NCBI GenBank assembly: GCA_001784435.1
Contig: MFQZ01000008.1
Location: forward strand, 23,347-87,346
From: Candidatus Magasanikbacteria bacterium RIFOXYC2_FULL_42_28
Lineage (GTDB): Bacteria > Patescibacteriota > Patescibacteriia > Magasanikbacterales > GWA2-37-8
Direction of reading: 5' to 3'
DNA: 64,000 nucleotides
A program made the position numbers and the translations under genes. Shown here piece after piece: positions 50,440 through 59,372 of the stretch. Under the pieces are notes generated by a model, which was not told the DNA's origin, searched no databases, and worked only from the letters and a program-made list of their open reading frames with translations. Positions within the stretch are counted from its first letter, which is position 1. Each line of letters begins with the position of its first letter.

Positions 50440-51210
50440 ATGTATTCCGACACCAAACAACAAATCCTTAATATCATTAAGGAAAACAACGGCACCAGCC
50501 CCCACTCTCTTATTACCACCCTAAACAAAAACGCCTCGGGAATTTTTCGCCATCTAAAAAAATTAATTGAAACCAGCCAAATCACCAAGGTTGGCAAACC
50601 GCCAAAAGTGGTGTATTATTACTCTGCTAATAAAAATAATATGAACGAAAATCAAACTGCCGGTGACAAAATTTTAAACTGGGCGACTACCGGCAACACT
50701 ACCACAGTCCAACCGAATTGGACTTGTCAAACGCGCGATGTTTTTCAAGCCCGGCACGATCGTTTGTTAAATGAATTAAAAAAGAAATTCAGCGAAAATG
50801 TTGCTTTCACCGTTGCCGCGATTACCGGCGAAATCGGCAATAATTCCTTTGACCATAATTTGGGAAATTGGCGTGATGTAATGGGAGTAGTATTTGAAAT
50901 TAATTTGGAAAAACGTGAAATTATTTTAGCTGACCGTGGCCAAGGGATACTGGCGTCAATTAGACGTGTGCGCCCCCAAACGACCGATGACGCCGATGCG
51001 CTCCAAGTCGCGTTTACCGAAGTAATTTCCGGACGATTCCCCGAACAGCGCGGCAATGGCCTAAAATATGTCGCCAAAAATATCAAAGCCAATAATTTTT
51101 CCCTAAAATTTTATTCTGGCAATTCCAGCTGTGAAATTATCGATAATCAAATGACAATTAAAAAAACTAATCAACTAACTCCGGGAACATTGGCAATCAT
51201 TAACTTCTAA
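50440..51210 (+). CDS. wHTH plus GHKL-type ATPase (RsbW/SpoIIAB-like serine-kinase/anti-sigma-factor fold) protein
   Basis: N-terminal wHTH; N-box ITGEIGNNSFDH, G1 DRGQGI, G2 GNGLKYV. Confidence 0.5.
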   Translation: MYSDTKQQILNIIKENNGTSPHSLITTLNKNASGIFRHLKKLIETSQITKVGKPPKVVYYYSANKNNMNENQTAGDKILNWATTGNTTTVQPNWTCQTRDVFQARHDRLLNELKKKFSENVAFTVAAITGEIGNNSFDHNLGNWRDVMGVVFEINLEKREIILADRGQGILASIRRVRPQTTDDADALQVAFTEVISGRFPEQRGNGLKYVAKNIKANNFSLKFYSGNSSCEIIDNQMTIKKTNQLTPGTLAIINF

Positions 51211-51213
51211 AAT

Positions 51214-51483
51214 ATGCGTATTGAATTAAAAAAATTTGGCAACAATCTATCCTCCCGCCCAGCTGGCAAAGAGGCCTATTTGAGCGCGCGCGCCTATATC
51301 TTGCCCAAGGATAAAAACGAAAAAGTAGAAATTGATTTTACCGGCGTAGATGTTTTGACCCCATCTTGGGCCGACGAATTTTTAACACCAATTAAAAAAG
51401 AATTCGGTGATAATTTGGTTTTGTTACCATCGAATAATGTGACAATTAAATCAACTTTGGAATTTTTGGAGGAGATTAAATAA
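51214..51483 (+). CDS. small STAS-like (anti-sigma-antagonist-like, DUF4325-type) protein, probable partner of the upstream ATPase
   Basis: IDFTGVDVLTPSWADEFL resembles the STAS core; 89 aa; 3-nt intergenic gap. Confidence 0.4.
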   Translation: MRIELKKFGNNLSSRPAGKEAYLSARAYILPKDKNEKVEIDFTGVDVLTPSWADEFLTPIKKEFGDNLVLLPSNNVTIKSTLEFLEEIK

Positions 51484-51500
51484 TACCACCCAAAAATTTC

Positions 51501-52172
51501 ATGTCCATCTTCTGCATAAAAAAATTAGAACCGCCGGAATCAGTGGGAGCGCGCTTAAAACGCAAACGCGCGGAATTAGGCGAACACCTTACGGCCATAT
51601 CCGCGCGCATTGGCGTAGCGGAAAATCATTTGACCGCGCTGGAAACCGGCCACCACCGCGAACTCCCCTTAACTATCGCCCATCGCTCGGCTTATTTAAA
51701 AAAATACGCGACCGCGCTCGGATTAAACCCGGACATGCTCTGGAAACAATTTGTCCAAGAGGGCGGAACCGCTGATATCAAAACCGGCCATCCGGCCCAA
51801 GCGTTAAAAAATATTCGCTTTGATTCTTTGGCCTCGCTTATTCGCAACCTCGGCATCGCTACGCTCGTAATTATTTTCGCCGGCTATTTAATTTGGCAAA
51901 TTCGCGGAATTTTAACTCCGCCACTCCTCGTTGTATACACGCCGATGGAAGGCACCGTTACCAGCCACACGAGCATCGTCGTGCAAGGCATAACCGACAA
52001 AGAAGCGCACCTATCCATCAACGGCAAAGATATTATGATCGACGAAGACGGAAAATTTTCCGTAGAAATTTCCTTAGCCCCCGGCGTTAATTCCATTACG
52101 ATAACCACCATAAAAAAACACGGCAAAACGACCACAGTCGCGCGCCATGTGGTGGTAAAAGAGAAAAAATAG
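51501..52172 (+). CDS. RodZ-like HTH (XRE) plus single-TM membrane protein
   Basis: N-terminal XRE-type HTH, central TM (IATLVIIFAGYLIW), C-terminal beta domain. Confidence 0.45.
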   Translation: MSIFCIKKLEPPESVGARLKRKRAELGEHLTAISARIGVAENHLTALETGHHRELPLTIAHRSAYLKKYATALGLNPDMLWKQFVQEGGTADIKTGHPAQALKNIRFDSLASLIRNLGIATLVIIFAGYLIWQIRGILTPPLLVVYTPMEGTVTSHTSIVVQGITDKEAHLSINGKDIMIDEDGKFSVEISLAPGVNSITITTIKKHGKTTTVARHVVVKEKK

Positions 52173-52284
52173 CCCCCAGTTTTATCCACTTGCGTAATAT
52201 TGCCCGTTTGATTATAATACCCGAACTAATATCCGCCAGAGGCGGACCAGCCTGTGGCTGGAACTAATCCATAATATAAACTCT

Positions 52285-53346
52285 ATGCCCAAAGTAAGCG
52301 AAGAAGTAAAAAACAAATTAAAAGCCGCCGAAGCCGCCATTGAACAAATTAAGGCCAAATTTGGCGAAGGTGCCATTATGACCTTTGGCGATAGTAAAGC
52401 GATGGATATAGACACGGTTTCTACCGGTTGTTTATCAGTTGACCTAGCACTTGGCGTTGGCGGTGCGCCCCGTGGTCGTATTATGGAGGTTTATGGACCA
52501 GAAAGTTCTGGTAAAACAACATTAGCGCTCCATACTATCTCCGAAGTCCAAAAATTAGGTGGGATTGCGGCGTTTGTGGACGCTGAACACGCTTTTGATC
52601 CGGACTATGCTCGCAAAATCGGTTTAAAAGTGGAAGAACTTTTAATGTCCCAACCCGACACTGGCGAACAGGCCTTGGATATCGTGGAAACACTGGTGCG
52701 CTCTAACGCCGTGGATATTATTGTCGTGGACTCGGTGGCCGCGCTCGTGCCCAGAGCTGAAATCGAAGGCGACATGGGCGACAGTCATATGGGTTTGCAA
52801 GCACGTTTAATGAGCCAAGCCCTACGCAAATTAACCGGCATTATTTCCAAATCAAAAACCATTTTGGTTTTCATTAACCAAACCCGCATGAAAATCGGCA
52901 TTGTCTATGGCAACCCCGAAACCACTACCGGTGGCACGGCTTTGAAATTTTATTCAAGTATCAGAATCGAAGTTCGTCGCGCCGCCCAAATTAAACAAGG
53001 TGACAAAGTTATTGGCAATCGCGTCAAAGTCAAAGTTGTCAAAAACAAAGTCGCCGCCCCGTTCCGCACCACGGAATTTGATATTATGTATAACGAAGGC
53101 ATTTCCATTTCCGGCGATGTACTAGACACCGGCGCAATCTATCAAGTAATTTCCAAACGTGGCAACACCTATGCCTATGGCGAAGAAAAATTAGGCGTCG
53201 GAAGAGAAGCAGCCAAAAAATTCTTAAAAGATAACCCCAAATTATTAAAAGAAATTTCAACCAAAGTAAAAGAGGTAGTCGCGCGTGGCGAAGCGCCGGA
53301 AGAAGAAGCCCCGATTGAGGAAGCGCCGTTGCCGGAGGAGGAATAG
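52285..53346 (+). CDS. recA: recombinase RecA
   Basis: full RecA core ([19 protein letters not shown], ...) with an acidic C-terminal tail. Confidence 0.95.
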   Translation: MPKVSEEVKNKLKAAEAAIEQIKAKFGEGAIMTFGDSKAMDIDTVSTGCLSVDLALGVGGAPRGRIMEVYGPESSGKTTLALHTISEVQKLGGIAAFVDAEHAFDPDYARKIGLKVEELLMSQPDTGEQALDIVETLVRSNAVDIIVVDSVAALVPRAEIEGDMGDSHMGLQARLMSQALRKLTGIISKSKTILVFINQTRMKIGIVYGNPETTTGGTALKFYSSIRIEVRRAAQIKQGDKVIGNRVKVKVVKNKVAAPFRTTEFDIMYNEGISISGDVLDTGAIYQVISKRGNTYAYGEEKLGVGREAAKKFLKDNPKLLKEISTKVKEVVARGEAPEEEAPIEEAPLPEEE

Positions 53347-53476
53347 CGCTTCGCCTGCGGCTACGCACTATAAATTAGCGCTTAATACAGTATTGCCAGT
53401 TTACAGGGCGTAGTCCGCCCAAGGCGGACGAAGCCCTGAGGAATCCCTTTACGAAAATTCACATCCATAACCAACA

Positions 53477-53507
53477 CAAAAAACCGTCACAATCGTGGCG
53501 GTTTTTT
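53477..53507. terminator. A-run/hairpin/T-run element AAAAAACCGTCACAATCGTGGCGGTTTTTTT; copy 1 of a 4-copy terminator repeat (others at 54685-54713, 57212-57246 and 58945-58975)
   Basis: seen directly. Confidence 0.55.
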
Positions 53508-53530
53508 TGTATAAAAATTGCGCGCCACAA

Positions 53531-54586
53531 CTAACCAACCACATAAGAAGTCGACTTGCCCTTGCCGGTCGCCTTAATCATTTTAAGTTTTTTTAATTTT
53601 TGCAATTGCAACTGCGCTGATCGACGCGGACAAGATAAAATATCTTCCGCATCGGCAACGGTAATCCGGCCGACCTGATCCAAGAAATCAATAATTTTTA
53701 ACTGTTCCGGCGAAAGATAAATTTGTGATTTTATTTTACCAGCAACATTACGAGCGGACAATGGCAACACCTTACTCTTCACCTCATCAATTTCCGCTTT
53801 AAATCCTTTTACAAAATATTCCAACCAAGAAGTGAGGTCAGTACGCCTGGCTTCATAAGTTTTACCTAAATTAATCGCTTTATAATATGACGATCGGTCG
53901 GTATTATAATAATCCTCCAAGGCAAACAATCGCCGAAAGTCATACCCGCGCTGATAAAGTATTAAGGTCGCCAAAGCGCGCGCGGTACGCCCATTACCAT
54001 CGTTAAATGGATGAATAGCGGCAAGCTCCATATGAGCAACGGCCGCCACAATCACCGGGCTTATTTCCTTCTCCTCACTGTCTTTAATCCAAGTAACAAA
54101 TTCTGCCATAAGTTGCGGTACTCGCTTTGCCTCCGGCCCGGTATATAAAATTTCTTGTGGCATGCCCAAACGCCGACGCACCACATAAATCGGGCCGGGA
54201 CGATAATGGCCGGAAAACTGTGAATTTAATGTTTTATCAGTCACTAATTTATGCATTTTTAAAATCACTTTTTCCGTTATTAGCTGTTTTTCGGCCACTA
54301 TTTTTTCAATAAATTTCAAAACATTTAAATAATTTTTTACTTCATAAATATCTCGATCCGGCGCGTCAATTTTCTTGTTAGCATAAAGCGCCTCCACCTG
54401 CACCATATTCAGTTGGTTCCCTTCAATTTCAGTGGAATGATGGGTCATACGGATAATCGCTTGCCGGCGTAATTTTATTTCTTGTTGCGGTAAAATTTTA
54501 GCACGATCAATAATGCCTTTGGCTTCGGCGATAGCAGTAAGGTCGCTCAAAATCTTGTCGGTATATTTAAATATTGGAGTAAACAT
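53531..54586 (-). CDS. Fic-family protein with a C-terminal wHTH
   Basis: Fic motif HPFNDGNGRTAR. Confidence 0.75.
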   Translation of the reverse strand: MFTPIFKYTDKILSDLTAIAEAKGIIDRAKILPQQEIKLRRQAIIRMTHHSTEIEGNQLNMVQVEALYANKKIDAPDRDIYEVKNYLNVLKFIEKIVAEKQLITEKVILKMHKLVTDKTLNSQFSGHYRPGPIYVVRRRLGMPQEILYTGPEAKRVPQLMAEFVTWIKDSEEKEISPVIVAAVAHMELAAIHPFNDGNGRTARALATLILYQRGYDFRRLFALEDYYNTDRSSYYKAINLGKTYEARRTDLTSWLEYFVKGFKAEIDEVKSKVLPLSARNVAGKIKSQIYLSPEQLKIIDFLDQVGRITVADAEDILSCPRRSAQLQLQKLKKLKMIKATGKGKSTSYVVG

Positions 54587-54684
54587 ATGATTTGTATTAT
54601 TTTATAACTACACCAGTATTATAGCATAAAATTACGATTCGCGCAAGATTCGCGCAACAATCGCGCAAAACTTTATGAAGTTTT

Positions 54685-54713
54685 AAAAAACCGTCACAAT
54701 CGTGACGGTTTTT
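54685..54713. terminator. terminator repeat copy 2 (AAAAAACCGTCACAATCGTGACGGTTTTT)
   Basis: seen directly. Confidence 0.5.
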
Positions 54714-54743
54714 AATAACAAACCAATAATCTCTATACTGAAT

Positions 54744-55037
54744 TTATCGCCAAAGATAATTGGCGATACCATTTTCTTCATCCTCTCTCTTCTTGTTATA
54801 TTCAGCAAAATGAATATTTTTCTTTAACTCATCTTGCCAATCCTCTGGTAATTGATCCCAATTATCAAGAAGGTGGCCGGCGGCGTCCCATTCTACGATA
54901 GTGTTATTTCCGCCTTCCACAAAAAATAATCCAGCCACTTGGCCAGCCCAGTCCTTCAATGCTCCACTTAATGGTGGATAATTTTTTTCTTTCTCCACCG
55001 ACGGTTGTGCTACCCCTGGTTGCGGTCGTTTATCCAT
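54744..55037 (-). CDS. hypothetical small protein (Trp/Asp-rich)
   Basis: ORF only. Confidence 0.3.
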   Translation of the reverse strand: MDKRPQPGVAQPSVEKEKNYPPLSGALKDWAGQVAGLFFVEGGNNTIVEWDAAGHLLDNWDQLPEDWQDELKKNIHFAEYNKKREDEENGIANYLWR

Positions 55038-55085
55038 ATTTTTTATATTAAAAATAAAATTGCTTTTGATTAATACTATTATTCT

Positions 55086-55652
55086 TTATTTAGGCTCAGT
55101 AGCCAACAGCAGATTTTCCATATAGAACCCGCCTGGCCAATGAGTACTTTCACCATCATCGTCAACGGGAATTATTTTTGTCTCTTCAATCTGATTTTTT
55201 AATCTATTGTGAGGCAATGCTGATGTTGAAACAACGAATACTATATCTTCTGCCTTATTTTTACCTCTTCTCACCCGACCGTACGCATCGCGGGCCATTG
55301 GCTCTGATCTAGTTACGACAACACATGGTGTCTCACCCTCCATGAGCTCGCTATTTAAAAATGCTTGACCAACGGGAGAAAGGGAAACTTCTGGGTAAAC
55401 CATTATTTTTGTTCCCTGCCCCCTCCATTCGGCAATTTGCTTGGCTAATGCCAACCGGCCTGACCCATCGCCGTGTATCTGGAGCACCTTCCAACCACTG
55501 GGAAGTTCGTCAAAATTCAATTCTGGAGCTTGTTCTTGTCCCTCTTTTAATAAATAAGCCTGAAAATTTTCAGCTGTATTATCTATTAAAGTATCCAAAC
55601 TCAGAATTTCCGGCTGTGGTTCGCCACGTATTTTCCCTTCGCTTATTGTCAT
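55086..55652 (-). CDS. hypothetical protein expressed from a poly-C-containing repeat promoter
   Basis: ORF; no recognisable family. Confidence 0.35.
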   Translation of the reverse strand: MTISEGKIRGEPQPEILSLDTLIDNTAENFQAYLLKEGQEQAPELNFDELPSGWKVLQIHGDGSGRLALAKQIAEWRGQGTKIMVYPEVSLSPVGQAFLNSELMEGETPCVVVTRSEPMARDAYGRVRRGKNKAEDIVFVVSTSALPHNRLKNQIEETKIIPVDDDGESTHWPGGFYMENLLLATEPK

Positions 55653-55734
55653 ATATTTTTTAAATTAAAAATAAATTTTTCCCTATTAAGTATACCCCCC
55701 CCCCAACCGCTTTTGGCAAATTAGTTATCCACAG
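55653..55734 (-). promoter_or_regulatory. 82-bp repeat copy 1, read in minus orientation: DnaA box TGTGGATAA, -35 TTGCCA, G10 tract in the spacer, -10 TATACT, AT-rich leader, ATG
   Basis: near-identical to 57723-57804; C-run at 55695-55704. Confidence 0.5.
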
Positions 55735-55809
55735 ATCGCCACCCTTTGGGCTATGACCTTTTTGCAAGGCAGGGCAACCAAAGAGTGAAAAAAATATAAA
55801 AACAGCCGT

Positions 55810-56523
55810 TTAATTTAACACCGATAGATAATTTTTTAACAAAAACACGACCTCCGCGCGCAAATGATTTTTAACCCACGCTTTTTCTTTTTCACTTGGT
55901 AAAAGCTCGGCCAATCCGTGTAAAATTTCATTGTCTTTGACGGCCGCAATTACCGCGATACAATCAGCCAAATGTTCTTTGACGGTTTTGTCGGTTCTGG
56001 CTCGAAGCACATCGGTATTAATATCCCAATTATTTTTAGCAAAAAACCAAATATCGTAAATATCGCGCACTGCCAATGTTTTTCTATCAGTCAAAGCCGC
56101 CAGTTTACTCGCAAATAGATAATCTTGCTTGCCAACCAGCATCGAAATTCCCAAATAATCTTTCAATTCGTAATGTTCTTTAATATTAGGCATTAAAATT
56201 CTAACATTCACTTCAATTTTGACATTGTGGTCAGTGTCGCCATAAGAAAGTAGAAAAAAAACAGTATTTCGTTTGATATAACTATCCTTGACCTCCCCAT
56301 ATTTTCTAAGCATACCGCCAATTTTTTCCGATACCAATTTTTGCGTGGGCTCATCAGTAATAAATAAATCAAAATCCAAATCCACCGAAAATCTGCCCAG
56401 GGCATAAAAAAAATATATACAGGTTCCACCTTTAAATCCGATGAGCGATGAAATGGAAGTGTCGGAATAAATATCACGCAGAATCTGTCCCATGATAAGT
56501 TGATGTTTTTCTTTATTGAGCAT
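55810..56523 (-). CDS. AbiEii-family (DUF1814) nucleotidyltransferase toxin
   Basis: FKGGTCIYFFYALGRFSVDLDFD matches the AbiEii N-terminal signature. Confidence 0.6.
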   Translation of the reverse strand: MLNKEKHQLIMGQILRDIYSDTSISSLIGFKGGTCIYFFYALGRFSVDLDFDLFITDEPTQKLVSEKIGGMLRKYGEVKDSYIKRNTVFFLLSYGDTDHNVKIEVNVRILMPNIKEHYELKDYLGISMLVGKQDYLFASKLAALTDRKTLAVRDIYDIWFFAKNNWDINTDVLRARTDKTVKEHLADCIAVIAAVKDNEILHGLAELLPSEKEKAWVKNHLRAEVVFLLKNYLSVLN

Positions 56524-57088
56524 ATTTTTGGTAGGTATTTAATCGCTTTATTAATTGCTTATTATCATAAATTTTTACCAATTCAAAACACTGCTCCCAA
56601 TTAATGGATCGTAAATTATCAAAATAAAATTTGGGTGATAAATAAATCGTATCAAGAAACGCTCGTTCTGGCGTGGCGATACAACAATTTTTTTCGTTTC
56701 TAACACCAAGCGCGTTATAAAGCACGCTATTTTTTAATTTTCTATATACAATTTTATTATCATCAATTTCTTTTTTCATTGGATAAGGCCCAGCGACAAA
56801 AATTGAATCATATTGCTGAAAAATAATCCCGGCCTCGCGCAAAACTGTTTCAAAACTTACATAGGACGGGGTATAAATACTGGTCGCTAATTCTTTAACA
56901 TCATATTCCTTGTTCTTGGCAAAAACTCCACGAGTTAAACGAATTAACGACCCCTGATTGGTATAATATTTAAGCTTGGAAAATAAATTCACATTATTGG
57001 TTTCCTCCCAAATCAAAGCAACATCCTTGACGGTAAGGATTGTTTTGGGGGATTCATATAATTTGGCGATTAGGTTGTCGGTGGCCAT
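56513..57088 (-). CDS. AbiEi-type antitoxin/transcriptional regulator, partner of AbiEii (11-nt overlap)
   Basis: position and size; 191 aa. Confidence 0.5.
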   Translation of the reverse strand: MATDNLIAKLYESPKTILTVKDVALIWEETNNVNLFSKLKYYTNQGSLIRLTRGVFAKNKEYDVKELATSIYTPSYVSFETVLREAGIIFQQYDSIFVAGPYPMKKEIDDNKIVYRKLKNSVLYNALGVRNEKNCCIATPERAFLDTIYLSPKFYFDNLRSINWEQCFELVKIYDNKQLIKRLNTYQKYAQ

Positions 57089-57211
57089 ATTACAATATAT
57101 TTAATGGAAAGGTGATATTCTCACCTTTCCATTGTATATTATTTAGACAACTCTGCCAAGTGGACTGGTGGGGATAAGTTAAGTATGTTAACAATTAGTG
57201 CTAAATTAAGC

Positions 57212-57246
57212 AAAAAACCGTCACAATCGTGGCGGTTTTTAAAAAA
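57212..57246. terminator. terminator repeat copy 3
   Basis: AAAAAACCGTCACAATCGTGGCGGTTTTTAAAAAA. Confidence 0.5.
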
Positions 57247-57269
57247 TTACACTATAATTAATATGTTAG

Positions 57270-57722
57270 TCAATTTACAATTCTGTAACCTTGTTCAATA
57301 AGTATCTCATTAACAGCGCGAAGTAGTGTGCCCGCTGATGCCTGCTCTTCGTGAATCAGAGTTGTTTTAACTTCAAGAGTGCCAGATTCTTCGGTATCAT
57401 CCTTAGCAACTTCAATTTCTACTGATTGTCCGTGATACAAACCAAGCCCATTAAAATCAATTTGGAATTTTTTTGAATTTACAACAGTGTAAGAAAATCC
57501 TTGACTTCTGCCTTCACTGTCTACCGATTTTCCTTCTTCATACGGCCGATCTGGAGCAAGCGCTTCATTTTCGTATTTATGAACCAATTGTAGTAAATCT
57601 GCTTTATGTTGTGAAAGCGTATCAACTATTTCGCGTGTTTGATGGTCTAACTCCGGAAGTTTTTTGTCTTTTGAGACAGAGGAATGCCCAAAGTCTACTT
57701 CCCGATTATGCTGTATGTCCAT
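57270..57722 (-). CDS. hypothetical acidic protein expressed from the second poly-C repeat promoter
   Basis: ORF only. Confidence 0.35.
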   Translation of the reverse strand: MDIQHNREVDFGHSSVSKDKKLPELDHQTREIVDTLSQHKADLLQLVHKYENEALAPDRPYEEGKSVDSEGRSQGFSYTVVNSKKFQIDFNGLGLYHGQSVEIEVAKDDTEESGTLEVKTTLIHEEQASAGTLLRAVNEILIEQGYRIVN

Positions 57723-57804
57723 AATATTTTTAAATTAAAAATAAATTTTTCCCTATTAAGTATACCCCCCCCCCCAGCCACTTTTGGCAAATTAGTTATC
57801 CACA
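57723..57804 (-). promoter_or_regulatory. 82-bp repeat copy 2 (G11 tract in the spacer; DnaA box TTATCCACA at 57796-57804)
   Basis: seen directly. Confidence 0.5.
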
Positions 57805-57979
57805 GGGCTACACCCCGTAAACTACAAAAGCAGTAAAATTCTGGGACAAGAAAATATTTAAAAATAGTCCCAATTTAGTCGGGACTATTTTTTTGTTTAT
57901 TTTTCTCACTATCGTTTTTTATAAATATTATGCGAGCCGGTATCAAGCAGATTCACAACATCGGGAGCGGAGAACTCAA

Positions 57980-58222
57980 TTATGCCCGCAAGGCAGATAT
58001 CAAACTGCGTGCGGTTTTGTGAGAAGTGTAATCGCCCAGCGCGTAGTCAAGCCGCGCTGACCCGATAATTTCGTCTAGTGTTTTGGCATCATTCACCCGC
58101 ACAATATCATCCGTGGCGATTTCCACCACGATTTTTTTCTCACGTGGATAACGAGAAAGATAGCGCAAAGCCGACAAAGGTAATTTGACCATTGCCTCTT
58201 TGGTTTTTTGAATAGTGGCCAT
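57980..58222 (-). CDS. hypothetical small protein (possible antitoxin-like)
   Basis: start taken at MATIQKTK; weak resemblance only. Confidence 0.25.
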   Translation of the reverse strand: MATIQKTKEAMVKLPLSALRYLSRYPREKKIVVEIATDDIVRVNDAKTLDEIIGSARLDYALGDYTSHKTARSLISALRA

Positions 58223-58366
58223 ATAATTTGGATTAAGTAATTTATGATTAAAGATTATCATATTATTACAAAAAAACAAGGGAACGCACCACCATTTTAC
58301 ATCGTCATCTTTCTATTGTATAATTCATATGCTTCATCGTGGCTAAACTAATTTACACAAAACAAT

Positions 58367-58594
58367 ATGATGAACTTTGGATTTTGGCCTTTTGCCTCTT
58401 TCGGCTGGATTTTTATGATGCTCTGGTGGGTTTTGATTATCGCGGGAGTAATAGCTTTAATAAGATGGTTTGCTAACCAATCCGGCAACTCTCGTCCTAA
58501 CGAAAAATCAGCGTTAGAAATTTTACGCGAACGCTATGCCAAAGGCGAAATTGAAAAAAAAGAATTTGAAGAAAAAAAGAAAGATTTAATTTAA
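58367..58594 (+). CDS. SHOCT-domain small membrane protein
   Basis: N-terminal TM plus C-terminal ILRERYAKGEIEKKEFEEKKKDL. Confidence 0.5.
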   Translation: MMNFGFWPFASFGWIFMMLWWVLIIAGVIALIRWFANQSGNSRPNEKSALEILRERYAKGEIEKKEFEEKKKDLI

Positions 58595-58597
58595 AAT

Positions 58598-58924
58598 ATG
58601 AAACTTGGAATAATTTTACAATCCAATAAACCAGAACATGTTTGGAATACTTTCCGTTTAGGCATTGCCTCGCTTAAAGAAGGCCACGTCGTCCAGATCA
58701 ATCTTATGAGCGAAGGGGTGGAAGCGGAAGACCTGCCCGATACCGAACATTTTGATATTTCTCAAAAAATTCAGGAATTCAAAATCCTAAAAGGCGAACT
58801 ACTGGCCTGTGGCACTTGCTTGAAAATTCGATCCAAATCAGAAAGCAAAGTTTGTCCGACTTCCACGATGCAAAATTTGGCAAAGATGGTGGCGGAATAT
58901 GATAAAGTGTTGGTGTTCGGGTAA
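58598..58924 (+). CDS. DsrE/DsrF-like family protein
   Basis: size and MKLGIILQSN ... CGTC pattern; not verified. Confidence 0.4.
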   Translation: MKLGIILQSNKPEHVWNTFRLGIASLKEGHVVQINLMSEGVEAEDLPDTEHFDISQKIQEFKILKGELLACGTCLKIRSKSESKVCPTSTMQNLAKMVAEYDKVLVFG

Positions 58925-58944
58925 AATAACTAAAAATGATCGTC

Positions 58945-58975
58945 AAAAAACCGTCACAAAATCGCGACGGTTTTT
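58945..58975. terminator. terminator repeat copy 4 (variant loop)
   Basis: AAAAAACCGTCACAAAATCGCGACGGTTTTT. Confidence 0.45.
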
Positions 58976-58993
58976 ATTTTACACAAACTATCC

Positions 58994-59251
58994 CTATTTC
59001 TTAATACTCACATTATGCATCCAAGCAACATACGCCCCGGCCACACCCGACCAAACAGCGACAGTCAACGCCCCAAAAAACCAACTGCCAAAATTTACGC
59101 CGGTGAACCCCGGGAACAACGCAAACAAAGAGGCATGCAATTCGGCTGCCGCGCCACTTAAAAATTTTCCATATACCATACAAACGGTATAGGCGATTTC
59201 GCCACCAAACAAACACAGCGACGCATATTTTTTGATAGAAAGTTCGTGCAT
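58994..59251 (-). CDS. small hydrophobic membrane protein
   Basis: ORF; two predicted TM segments. Confidence 0.3.
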   Translation of the reverse strand: MHELSIKKYASLCLFGGEIAYTVCMVYGKFLSGAAAELHASLFALFPGFTGVNFGSWFFGALTVAVWSGVAGAYVAWMHNVSIKK

Positions 59252-59372
59252 ATTTCCACCCCCCTTCTAATTAAAATTTATCTTATATTTTTTACCTTGT
59301 AATAATAACGTGTTCAATGCTACACCAATTATTCACCTACTACCGGTAGTATACCCCCATATTTAATCAATG

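Noticed and set aside
54601-54680. Tandem GATTCGCGCAA x3 near the Fic gene
   Set aside because: It is a short simple repeat adjacent to a terminator and is probably incidental.
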